A stretch of 59,313 nt of DNA from a virus (IMGVR_UViG_3300037327_000208:1-59313); one strand, 5' to 3'. Positions 9,291 through 18,433 are shown, counted from the stretch's first letter. The notes: a model not told the origin generated them from the sequence alone. Made by a program: numbers and translations.

Positions 9291-9959
9291 ATGCAACTAC
9301 TCGGACTTAGTCAACTGATTGAAACCTTAATGCAAAAGAGTTCAGCAAATAGTACAGATATTCAATTAGCTGTTCATACTGGAGGATATTTAGGGCCTCG
9401 TGGAGACAACGAATATCCTGATGATTGCGATTCTTCCAACTATTTTAATGCTTTCATGTCTAGTTCAATAGCCGCCGCATTAGCACAGTTTTTAGAAAGT
9501 TTGATTAAGAATGAAACCTTGGTTATTAAAGCAAGGAGGGCAGACAAGGCTAAAATTTTAGAACACATCAGAACTAAGAATATTTCCAATAATAATGGTT
9601 TTTGGGATGTTAGCAAATATTGGTGTACTGACTCAAATAGGATAGAAAATGGCATAGCGACTGGCACCATCCAACTATTTGATGCATTAAACTTAGGTCT
9701 TCAGCTACCCAATAACTTTGATAATTACATTAAAATATTATTTTTTTACCGAAACTACGTAATGCACAACGGTGTGGAGTGGGAAAAATCACATCGTGAT
9801 AAATTTAAGCAAAGAATTGCGAAAAGCGACTGCAAAGGGTTTGGTTGGTCGCAATCGGATAGCGTAGATAAAGTTTGCTATTTAAAAGATGACTATGTGA
9901 AGGAATTACTGGTTTTTTGTAAAGATTTATGTAAGTTGTTTGATCTGAATCAAATTTAA
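9291..9959 (+). CDS. Putative HEPN-domain protein (Rx4H); N-terminus possibly disrupted
   Basis: Helical-looking protein with FYRNYVMHNG; upstream RBS+ATG at 9104 leads into a short ORF in another frame. Confidence 0.6.
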   Translation: MQLLGLSQLIETLMQKSSANSTDIQLAVHTGGYLGPRGDNEYPDDCDSSNYFNAFMSSSIAAALAQFLESLIKNETLVIKARRADKAKILEHIRTKNISNNNGFWDVSKYWCTDSNRIENGIATGTIQLFDALNLGLQLPNNFDNYIKILFFYRNYVMHNGVEWEKSHRDKFKQRIAKSDCKGFGWSQSDSVDKVCYLKDDYVKELLVFCKDLCKLFDLNQI

Positions 9960-10142
9960 ACATAAAACTGGACACTAGTATCTGCGCGCAATTGGTTAAG
10001 TTCGATGTGAATTTCTCTCGGCTAGATGTGATAAGAGGTACCTGCTAAGATCATGGTTTAATTAGGTTATGATTATGCTCTAAAGTTTACATATAAATAA
10101 TAACCGAAGTAACGGGGTGTAATTTTATAAGTCAGACGCTGT

Positions 10143-10388
10143 TTAACGTAATCCTAAAGTTATAAATGACATTAGGCGCTGCCTGATAGTAGGTTTTAGT
10201 GTTGGCAATGATTTCTTGGTAAATCTAATGCCACTCAAATCAGTTCGGGTGGCATCATCAACCTTGGTTTGCTCGTAGATTCGACCACCATTAGCAGTTC
10301 GTTTTACTTTATCTTCTTGAGTAGCCATTGCATTGATTAAAGGATTTGAATTTGATGTAATATTAGTGTCTACAGAAGGTTTGTTCAA
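10143..10388 (-). CDS. Hypothetical protein
   Basis: 81-aa ORF, no motif recognised. Confidence 0.35.
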   Translation of the reverse strand: MNKPSVDTNITSNSNPLINAMATQEDKVKRTANGGRIYEQTKVDDATRTDLSGIRFTKKSLPTLKPTIRQRLMSFITLGLR

Positions 10389-10775
10389 TTGCTAAATGAA
10401 TCTCGTTGTAATCTCGTTATCTTCATGGACTTTGTTTAATCATCGACTACTTACTATCGATTACCTGCACTGGCTTTGTTTGACAGTTTAACCTTGCCCT
10501 GTTCTTGCCCCCTTCTAAGAAGTTTGTACGTTTGCCAACGTTATCCTAATGTCACCCTCAACAAGGGGGTTGTTGTGAAGTGCAATGGCATTGTTTACAT
10601 GGGTTTGGTTTATACAACAATTTCAATGTTAAGTTTTATTAAGTTCACATGGGCTTTGTCTATCTACCAATACATCGAACTGTGATTTCAATGTAAGGTT
10701 TTGTGAGGTCCACATGGGGTTTGTATTGGCATCACCCCAATACTAGGTAATTTTAAACCCGAATTTTCACCAAAT

Positions 10776-10973
10776 TTATATTGGAGGTAGTGAACATTTT
10801 ATGTGTTTTTGATGGGCGTTAAGTTGGTTCGTAATCCAATATTTACAATCTTGATGTCTATTATGTCGAACGGTTACTAAGTGCCAATACCCGTCAGTGG
10901 GGCTTACTTCAATTGAACTGATTTTTGCCACTAAATTGTCACTCTTACTCCCAGCTAAAAGGGCAAGTATCAA
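10776..10973 (-). CDS. Hypothetical protein or gene remnant
   Basis: 65-aa ORF with TTG start, no motif. Confidence 0.25.
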   Translation of the reverse strand: MILALLAGSKSDNLVAKISSIEVSPTDGYWHLVTVRHNRHQDCKYWITNQLNAHQKHIKCSLPPI

Positions 10974-11129
10974 CCTATTGCGGTCGTTAGCAATACTGAA
11001 ATTGTGAAGGTGTATTTAATCCATTTTCACTGGTGCAAGATACTTCTATTTTTGCTTATTTCAGATATTTCCAGACATTTCAACAAACCTGACGCCGCAG
11101 TTATTAATAAAAAAAGTAAGTAATAAAAA

Positions 11130-11897
11130 TCACCCACACTGTCTTCCTTCTAGCATTTTGATGGTCCTATCTCTGAGTGTATTACCGGACGATGAATCAT
11201 TATTTGTGGAGCAGTCGAACTTCACTTCTTTTATACTGCACCCCCCTTCAATTGATTTAACATCTCTGTTTTCATCACTTATGGATAAGTATTTATCAGT
11301 GTCATCAAGCGTGTATTTACCATAGAGATTATCTTTATGAGTTTTGGTAAAATACAATACAAGTTTATTAGTGGCTCCGGGTATCAAGCTTGGGTATGTT
11401 CGAGCTTCACCCTTGTAAATCTGAGTTGTTGAATTTAAGGTTAAATCACAGGTATATAAGACCTCTTTAAGGACAGATTTACCCAAGTTTTTAAGCTTAC
11501 TAGAAAACTTGATGGCGTTAATTTTAAGTGTTTGAGCGAGAATAGTATATTCGTTACCTAATTGGTCACCGAGTATATTAACAGGCGTATATTGCAGGCC
11601 AATGTGTTCAACCTTTTCTAGCCGTTTTTTGCGTTCATTTGAATATAATGCCTGCTTTTTTCCAAGAGCGTCATAACCTGCTCTACCATCTCTATATTTT
11701 GTTAAATGGACATCGTCAGGAGTACAGTCAGGTGAATACTTTTTAGCTAGATACCAACACTCTCTATTATTATCATCATCATCATCGCATTGCTCCCATG
11801 CAGATTGCCACTTCTCATCACAAGATTTGAAAAAATCCAATGCATAGACTTTAGATGAAACAGCGATTAGACATATAAACATCCATTTTTTATTCAT
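11130..11897 (-). CDS. Secreted or periplasmic cysteine-containing hypothetical protein
   Basis: Strong RBS AGGAGG; signal peptide MNKKWMFICLIAVSSKVYA. Confidence 0.8.
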   Translation of the reverse strand: MNKKWMFICLIAVSSKVYALDFFKSCDEKWQSAWEQCDDDDDNNRECWYLAKKYSPDCTPDDVHLTKYRDGRAGYDALGKKQALYSNERKKRLEKVEHIGLQYTPVNILGDQLGNEYTILAQTLKINAIKFSSKLKNLGKSVLKEVLYTCDLTLNSTTQIYKGEARTYPSLIPGATNKLVLYFTKTHKDNLYGKYTLDDTDKYLSISDENRDVKSIEGGCSIKEVKFDCSTNNDSSSGNTLRDRTIKMLEGRQCG

Positions 11898-12065
11898 TGC
11901 TCTCCCTCCTTGTTAAAAATGTGAAAACGAATCACTGCGTTTTAGTATCCTCTTGAGCTCCGTTTTTCGCTCATAGTTGTTTGTCAGGTTAGGTTGAAAC
12001 CTATCAATTTAGACTATCAAATTAAATGTAAACTACTACAGACTATCCAAATCAACACCTATTGT

Positions 12066-12396
12066 TTATGTTTGTCGAAAAATAAACAAATTTGTTCTGA
12101 TAAAGACTGATGAATTTTTAGTGTATCATATTCTCCAACGTAATTTTGTAGGTCAAGCTTCTATGGGCAACCAAAAATCATTTCATCTTCAAACTTTCTA
12201 CTTGCGAAGCTCCAAAGAGAAAACGAATCGCACCTACACCTAGCACATGACCTTTAACCCATTCTATTTCAACTGCGATATATAGGTCACTATCAGGTGT
12301 ATTTGTTTTTTTATAGCGACTACAATACACACACATTTTTTTAATAAATGGTGTGTTTTTTGCGATTGAGATCAACCTCTGTAATTCTTTTTCCAT
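12066..12396 (-). pseudogene. Degraded minimal nucleotidyltransferase (MNT-type)
   Basis: VYCSRYKKTNTPDSDLYIAVE is a decayed GS..DxD motif; frameshift near 12230 and internal TAG in the continuing frame. Confidence 0.7.
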
Positions 12397-12736
12397 GTTC
12401 GTCCAGTAAGCTACATAACTAATGTTAATAGAGCACAAAGAATAAATTCAACTCTTCATGTTTCGACCCTAATTACAAATTTTGAATGCGTAACACCTTT
12501 AAATAAACGGTAACCATAAATGGCATATAGCCACCGAAGAGTGGAAGTTCCTTAGGAGGAACTTTAGTAGCAAACAAAATACTTATAAAATTCTGAGTGC
12601 TAGTGACGGGTTTGTTGGATTACCTGCCGTTGACATCAAAAATCTAAAGATATACAAATTACTTGAACGGCTGGTTTTCGCTCATTGCAGTCACTCGCGT
12701 ATTTTATCAAAACATTTTAATTAGGCTAAAGTGGGC

Positions 12737-12994
12737 TTAAATGGATCGACTTCTACTTGAGTTCATGGACACCCGTTTCTTACCTTCTTGCGTAACTGGG
12801 CCAGTGCTAGCGCCGCCATGGAACTTACAGCGCCCATTTCCCCAACTTGTGCCGTCATTCTTGCAGGGAGCGCCAGAGCGTGTTTTAGCTTCGCACTTCA
12901 TATCACGGCAAAACTCAGGGTAGGGAATTTCATTTCGGTACCAAGCCTTCAAGGCTTTGACTTGTTTGGCTCTCAATATTGGGTCTGCTGTCAT
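12737..12994 (-). CDS. HGGxSTG-domain small zinc-finger-like protein
   Basis: CEAKTRSGAPCKN...GRCKFHGGASTGPVT. Confidence 0.85.
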   Translation of the reverse strand: MTADPILRAKQVKALKAWYRNEIPYPEFCRDMKCEAKTRSGAPCKNDGTSWGNGRCKFHGGASTGPVTQEGKKRVSMNSSRSRSI

Positions 12995-13026
12995 TGGTGT
13001 TTACCTAAGTTTTTGGAATCAGCTAT

Positions 13027-13335
13027 CTATTTAATATTAATCTCAGTTAGGCGGCTTCCCCATCTTATTCGTTGGGCATGGATCGCTTCATTTGTTGTTT
13101 TACTAACAGGATCTAGGCACGTTAATTTTTTGCCGTCTATGATGAGACCTAGCACTGTCATTTTTGGCTTTAAAGTTGTGATGATTTTGAGTTTCCATGC
13201 CACCAGTAAGTCTTTTAATTCCGGTGTTAACTGCGTCTGTTTATCGCCTTTACCATATATAATTAATTTGCCATCGCGTGCTGCTAACGTTAAGCCTTGT
13301 TTGTTAACTAACTCAATAACAAGCCGGGCATTCAT
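13027..13335 (-). CDS. Hypothetical satellite protein
   Basis: 102 aa; ATGA overlap with the upstream gene. Confidence 0.7.
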   Translation of the reverse strand: MNARLVIELVNKQGLTLAARDGKLIIYGKGDKQTQLTPELKDLLVAWKLKIITTLKPKMTVLGLIIDGKKLTCLDPVSKTTNEAIHAQRIRWGSRLTEINIK

Positions 13336-14804
13336 ATTGCTTCACTCCAAGTGCCGGGAGCGTCGTCATCCATAGTTTTATCCGTCACACCGTCACACCC
13401 TATATTTTTAGAAGGCTGAGACGTTTTATCATCCGTCACACTAGATAATGATGTGACGGATTTAAAATCTTTGAAAGCCACGTTTTTACTGACTTGTGAC
13501 GGTGTGACGGATAGAAAAGAGGGGGTTAGGTATCGCGCAAATGAATCACTAAAATCATCAACTGAATATCCTTTTTTTGTGACTGCTCCAATGCGTTTTG
13601 TTCCCGGCTTAATACCAAAACCGCTTAATTGCTTTGAAAGTTGACGAGCGGTTAACGATTTTCCGCGATTGTAAGTTAGCCAGGGTCCGTCTTCTATGTT
13701 GAGTAATGCTTCAAGCAGGTCACTGGTAAATATTTGTTTAACTTGTTTTTCTTCAAATATGGTTTGAATATCAGTTAATAACTCTTGGGCAACACTCATA
13801 CTATTATCAACACGGGTTAACTCTAATGCAGCGTTTCTTGCTAATTCCGGCCAACGTCCGCCTGCACATTCAGCTATTATTAAAAGTGGCTCCCAATTAT
13901 CAGCATCTCGGTTTTGTAGCTGCTCTGGCAGTTCTGGCTCAAGTCCTCTGACTTTCTCACCAATATCATTTGTCCACCTAGCTAAGTGCTGTTGAATAAT
14001 GGCAAATTCTGATTTCCCCTTTTTCATCCGATCTGTTTGTTCGTGTGGGCCTTTACGTCTAAGTCTTAAATCTATTGAGCGGCTTTCTATTGTTCCCGCT
14101 CGTTTACCTATTCCAGCGATAGCCTTGGCGCCCCATACGCTAAATAATTTAGGCTCGTTATCATCACCATCGCATCGAATAGTATGTGCGCTTCCTTTGG
14201 TATGTCCTGCATTGATGATGCCCCTGATAGCCTCGTTATCATCTGCAAAGCTGTCAGCTTCATCTATTAGTAATGTTGGTTGCCATTTCTCAATAGATCT
14301 AAACAAAGCGGCGGATGTTATATTGCTGGTTGTAAGTGACTGGAATGCTAAGGCACCAATAAAACTAAGCAAAGTTGATTTACCACAATTTTTTTCCGGT
14401 GCCGTAATATTGGCAATGGGTAAGCACTCGACATAATCAATTAACCAGGTAAGCGTTATCCAAAGGGAGACTGCCGTCCTTGTTGTCTGGTCACAAATAA
14501 CATGACGCTTGCATGCTGCCTCAATTCGGTTTAACAGTTGCTCCCCGTCTACCTCCTCATGGTACATATCTACTCTAGGAAAAATAACGCTATCGTCAGC
14601 TTCATCCTTTTTGGTTAATTCTTTTCTGGTTTTGTAAATTAATGTATCGAGTGTCTTAACTTGAACATTTAGCTGCTTGGCGGCTTTTGTTCTCTGCCTG
14701 TCATAGTCTAAGGTTTCGAGCGCTGCCAAATATGCGATCGCTTGATTGTCATTCATATCAGTTAACAAACCGGCTGTTGTGGCTTTTTCAATAGGGTTAG
14801 TCAT
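13332..14804 (-). CDS. DUF3631-type NTPase/helicase-like replication protein
   Basis: Walker A-like APEKNCGKST, LLIDEAD, RDADNWEPLL; typical partner of satellite primases. Confidence 0.85.
   Translation of the reverse strand: MTNPIEKATTAGLLTDMNDNQAIAYLAALETLDYDRQRTKAAKQLNVQVKTLDTLIYKTRKELTKKDEADDSVIFPRVDMYHEEVDGEQLLNRIEAACKRHVICDQTTRTAVSLWITLTWLIDYVECLPIANITAPEKNCGKSTLLSFIGALAFQSLTTSNITSAALFRSIEKWQPTLLIDEADSFADDNEAIRGIINAGHTKGSAHTIRCDGDDNEPKLFSVWGAKAIAGIGKRAGTIESRSIDLRLRRKGPHEQTDRMKKGKSEFAIIQQHLARWTNDIGEKVRGLEPELPEQLQNRDADNWEPLLIIAECAGGRWPELARNAALELTRVDNSMSVAQELLTDIQTIFEEKQVKQIFTSDLLEALLNIEDGPWLTYNRGKSLTARQLSKQLSGFGIKPGTKRIGAVTKKGYSVDDFSDSFARYLTPSFLSVTPSQVSKNVAFKDFKSVTSLSSVTDDKTSQPSKNIGCDGVTDKTMDDDAPGTWSEAI
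13379..13513. repeat. Symmetric iteron array (six CCGTCACA), putative satellite replication origin
   Basis: 19-bp outer and 10-bp inner inverted repeats share centre 13446. Confidence 0.85.
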
Positions 14805-15682
14805 TATGCGACCGCCTTATTGTTTATGCTCAGGAAGTAGTCGTTCCAGTCGCTTAAGCCAATCTTTTTTTCTTCTAGGGTAAAAGGTGGAAAACTCACT
14901 TTTGAGCCTGTTTTGTGCGCCGCTTCAATGGCTTTAGATTTACCGGGGTTAATACCTTTAGTTTGCTCTGTCATCCAATCGTCATCACCAGCAATAACAA
15001 TCTCATTATCAGGCCACTTTTTTATAACCGCTTTGGCAACGGGCAATAGGTTACCTGCGTTCATCGCTGCTATAACCGGTTGGCCTGTCATATGATGAAC
15101 ACTTGCTGCAGTTGCGTAACCCTCACAAATATAAATTCTATCGTTTAGAAGGCGACCATTTAATCCTATTAGACATCCTGTACCTGTTATCTGACCTCCT
15201 TTTAAAAACAACTTTGTTCCGTTAGGGGCAATGCGTTGAAGATTCGCTAGTTCATTTGATGCGATGTTATAAAGTGGCACCAATAACCATTTACCAGACA
15301 GTCTGAGACCTTCTACTTGCTCAATACCTTTATTTGTTAGATAAGGGTGAACAACCACTTGTTGAGCCTTCTGGTATTGTGTCTTAGCCTCCTTGGCTGC
15401 TTGCCTCTGATTCAATAGTTTCTGTTGTTTGCTACGCTCTATTGCGTCTTTAATTAATTGCCTATCATCCAAACTTCTCTGGTGGCCTTCTGGTTTCCAA
15501 ATCTCAGTTACACCTGTTAACCAGTCGCCCATGACTAGTAAGTCACCATATGACACATACCAGCCATTCTTACTTTTGGGTTTTGCTGTTGTGGCGACTC
15601 GATGAATTTGTTCGTCTTCTACTAAACAATCCACCAGCAGGCCAAATTGAATAGAGGCGTTAAGTTTTTTTTGATAATTCAT
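14804..15682 (-). CDS. TOPRIM-domain primase (P4 alpha/TraC-like)
   Basis: HPYL..KG, ICEGYATAAS, AMNAGNL, IAGDDD, SDWND motifs. Confidence 0.9.
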   Translation of the reverse strand: MNYQKKLNASIQFGLLVDCLVEDEQIHRVATTAKPKSKNGWYVSYGDLLVMGDWLTGVTEIWKPEGHQRSLDDRQLIKDAIERSKQQKLLNQRQAAKEAKTQYQKAQQVVVHPYLTNKGIEQVEGLRLSGKWLLVPLYNIASNELANLQRIAPNGTKLFLKGGQITGTGCLIGLNGRLLNDRIYICEGYATAASVHHMTGQPVIAAMNAGNLLPVAKAVIKKWPDNEIVIAGDDDWMTEQTKGINPGKSKAIEAAHKTGSKVSFPPFTLEEKKIGLSDWNDYFLSINNKAVA

Positions 15683-15969
15683 GTTGTCACCCCACGAACT
15701 AGATGCTTGAGTAGTTCGTTCGCAGAAGTCTCACGATTTTTTATTAGCGCTTTAACTATCAGACGGATTTCATCATCTGATTTGCCTATCGATCTAGCTG
15801 CTAATACTGTTTGGACTTCATGAGAAATAAAGCCGACAGCCCTAGCGCCCAGTGATATAGGTGGTGGGAATATTCCTTTTCTGGTTTGTTCGAATAAACT
15901 TGTGTTTGATAGGCCTGCTAAGTTGCAAGCCTCTGGTTTACGAATTACTTTTAAATTGATGTAGTGCAT
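15679..15969 (-). CDS. alpA: AlpA-family regulator / excisionase
   Basis: GLSNTSLF....KGIFPPPISLGARAVGF. Confidence 0.88.
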   Translation of the reverse strand: MHYINLKVIRKPEACNLAGLSNTSLFEQTRKGIFPPPISLGARAVGFISHEVQTVLAARSIGKSDDEIRLIVKALIKNRETSANELLKHLVRGVTT

Positions 15970-16102
15970 ATCAGTTTCGCTTTGTTGGTTAATAACTGAT
16001 ATCGAATTTTAGAGATATTTAAATCAGGAGATACAGAAAAAAAATTCTTTTTATTTCGGCAAGTTTTAGAGTGCCTGGATCGTTTGAGTCTTTTTAAGTA
16101 AT

Positions 16103-16990
16103 TTAAATGTCTTCCCAATAAGCTGGATGAAAAAAATTAGTTTCAAAAATCCTATGGAAAAACGTTAATCTAGTATCTCGATATTTTTTTTCTGATACCG
16201 AATTTGAGTAAATTGAATCAACGATTGTTGAGTCAGCAATTTTTATATTCTTAATTTTTTGCCAAATAAACAGATCTTGTAAGGCGAAAACTTCATAACT
16301 GGTAATTTTATTAATTTCAGCTTCTTTAGCTATTAGTTCATATTTCCATTCAGGCTCTTCCGTTTCTAATTCTTTTCTCCAAACAGGAAGCTTTGCTTTA
16401 AGCCTTTCAACAATTTCAGTGTCCGTCAATTTTTTTAAATCGAAACTTAAATGGATTTTTTCAGCATATCCTTCTGTGGCTCTTTTATCTGGGGGTGTAT
16501 ATCTAATACTATCTATAGAAAAGTCGAGGAATTGTGACCACTTTGAAATGTTAACTTCCAGACAAGAGTCAATAGTTGCCTCACATCCGTTTTCTAATCT
16601 TATTTTATCATCGATAGATTCCGTTAAACTCAGTAAATCGCCTGCATTTATTAGCCGGAAAACATTATCTGAATCAGTGTGTATTTCTTCTTGTAGAGGA
16701 AATTCTGAAAAATAACATTCAACTTTTTCGAAACCTTTATTATGATCTGATTCCTCTAAATATCTATGTGTAAGGGCTCGGTGATTTAAGATACTCGGAC
16801 TGCCTTTTAATACTGGTTCCATATGAAATTTGCTGCGAAGCCCATTTGGGTTATTTAGTATTTCTCTGTAGTTTCTTCGGCGATAATAAAACTCTTCCAT
16901 TAGGTTTTTATCATCAAGTTCTTTAAATGACTGATAGTTGGTGACATCAAACCAACTAGGAATTTCTTTTATTCTTTTGACCATTTGCAT
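16103..16990 (-). CDS. Hypothetical satellite protein (DUF6387-like)
   Basis: IPSWFDVTNY N-terminus, DL..LTD..I....K..LP.WR.EL and DL.IW motifs; located between int and alpA. Confidence 0.65.
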   Translation of the reverse strand: MQMVKRIKEIPSWFDVTNYQSFKELDDKNLMEEFYYRRRNYREILNNPNGLRSKFHMEPVLKGSPSILNHRALTHRYLEESDHNKGFEKVECYFSEFPLQEEIHTDSDNVFRLINAGDLLSLTESIDDKIRLENGCEATIDSCLEVNISKWSQFLDFSIDSIRYTPPDKRATEGYAEKIHLSFDLKKLTDTEIVERLKAKLPVWRKELETEEPEWKYELIAKEAEINKITSYEVFALQDLFIWQKIKNIKIADSTIVDSIYSNSVSEKKYRDTRLTFFHRIFETNFFHPAYWEDI

Positions 16991-17002
16991 CCCTTTTTAC
17001 AA

Positions 17003-17070
17003 ACTCCCTAATAAATCACCAATTCAGGCCAGTAGTGTTCTGGCGATTCGGGAGCTACCCTAAACTTAGT
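17003..17070 (-). ncRNA. Structured RNA downstream of the integrase, int-alpA-motif-like
   Basis: AGGGTAGCTCCCGAA core; outer stem 17059..17070 with 17018..17028; inner CCAG/CTGG hairpin; possible GCUCCC:GGGAGU pseudoknot. Confidence 0.45.
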
Positions 17071-17085
17071 AAGCTAGTTAAGTAT

Positions 17086-18339
17086 TTATTGGTTAACGAC
17101 TCTCAAAGCCTTTCTCGCATTTGCCAAACTCATATTGCCGGTTGCTGCACTTTCAATATGTTCAGACCACCAGCACATTAATGTTCTGCGGCGCTCTAGG
17201 TACTCGGCTCGATTATAAGCGCGTCTAACTTCATTCTTGTCTACATGGGCTAGAGCGCTTTCAATCACATCAGGATCGAAGCCTCTTTCGTTTAATGTGG
17301 TACTGGCTAATGCTCTTAATCCATGTGCGACTAATTGCTTATCAAATCCCATGCGTTTTAGCGCCATATTGGCGGTAGAACTATTTGCATGTGATCGGGG
17401 ATCACGATCGGCAGGAAAAACATATTCTCTATGACCGCTAATTGGTTTAATGAAATCTAACAGTTTTAATGTTTGCTCGGTTAGTGGGACAAGATGATCC
17501 CCATTACCTTTTTTCTTCATATTATCTGCAGGTATTGACCAAAGCTGTTTTTCAAAGTCTATATCTTGCCATTTCGCTGTTGCTGCTTCACTTGGTCTAA
17601 CCATTGTGTGTAATTGCCATTCAATTAAACAGCGCGTCACTATTTTTATACTGGCTATGTTTAATGTTTGCATCAACCTGGGTAGTTCTTCAGGTTTCAA
17701 TGTGGGCAGATGTGTTTTAGTAGGTGTTAAGAATGCCGCATGCATTTTTGAAAGCGGATTAAGGCTAATCACTCCGGTATTAACTGCAAAGTCCATAACC
17801 TCGTTAATACGCTGGCATAGACGCTTAACTTGCTCTGAGTGTCCTTTAGCTTGAACAGGCTTCAACACTTCAATTACTTCTGATGCAGTCAATTCACTAA
17901 TAGGGCGCTTACCAACAGCAGGTATAATGTGCATGTTAATAGAGCGTTTAATTTTACTTGCGTGATCTTTACTAACCTTGGTTGCTTTTACTTCAATCCA
18001 ATCATTCATTATTTTAGTGAACGTATTTGCATTGGCTGCAGTTGCAACACGCTTGGTCTTTTCCTTAAATGCCCGAGGGTCAATCTCGTTGGCTAATAAT
18101 TCATGTGCTTTAGAACGCCTACCTCTTGCCTGAGCTAATGTCACCGTTGGATAAATACCAAAGCTCATATCAACACGCTTATCTGAATAAGGGAGTTTGT
18201 AACGAAAAACCCAATCTTTTGTACCACCAAAACGAACACGTAGAGATAATCCCTTGCCGTCTGTAAGCGTATAATTTTTGTCTTTAGGTTTTGCTCTTGA
18301 TATCTGTGAGTCTGTAAGTGGTTTGGCTATTTTAGGCAT
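17086..18339 (-). CDS. intA: P4/IntA-family tyrosine integrase
   Basis: Arm domain LTD..I..AKPK..DGKGL.L; VRPSE, HGLR, LAH...VRRAYNR catalytic motifs. Confidence 0.93.
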   Translation of the reverse strand: MPKIAKPLTDSQISRAKPKDKNYTLTDGKGLSLRVRFGGTKDWVFRYKLPYSDKRVDMSFGIYPTVTLAQARGRRSKAHELLANEIDPRAFKEKTKRVATAANANTFTKIMNDWIEVKATKVSKDHASKIKRSINMHIIPAVGKRPISELTASEVIEVLKPVQAKGHSEQVKRLCQRINEVMDFAVNTGVISLNPLSKMHAAFLTPTKTHLPTLKPEELPRLMQTLNIASIKIVTRCLIEWQLHTMVRPSEAATAKWQDIDFEKQLWSIPADNMKKKGNGDHLVPLTEQTLKLLDFIKPISGHREYVFPADRDPRSHANSSTANMALKRMGFDKQLVAHGLRALASTTLNERGFDPDVIESALAHVDKNEVRRAYNRAEYLERRRTLMCWWSEHIESAATGNMSLANARKALRVVNQ

Positions 18340-18341
18340 TT

Positions 18342-18392
18342 TAGTGGTACAAATAATTGATCAGTAAGTTTGTCCCACTAAATGTACCACTA
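18342..18392. repeat. Integrase arm-type repeats overlapping the int promoter region
   Basis: TTGTCCCACTA (18370), ATGTACCACTA (18382), inverted TAGTGGTACAA (18342). Confidence 0.78.
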
Positions 18393-18433
18393 AAAACCAG
18401 ACTGTCAACGAACGTTATTGAACGTTAGGCAAT

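Noticed and set aside
10590-10743. CRISPR array call for the ATTTCAAT-starting repeats
   Set aside because: Only two full, divergent copies, a 25-bp gap and no cas genes; kept only as an unexplained repeat.
12788-13375. 195-aa plus-strand ORF and the other antisense ORFs in the track (e.g. 6038..6484, 7498..8013, 13999..14436, 27778..28239, 51947..52450)
   Set aside because: They shadow well-supported genes on the opposite strand and show no motifs or RBS.
2037-17085. Copy of the prophage cos site inside the satellite
   Set aside because: No convincing match to 37040..37100 seen by eye in the non-coding parts; an alignment is needed to exclude it.
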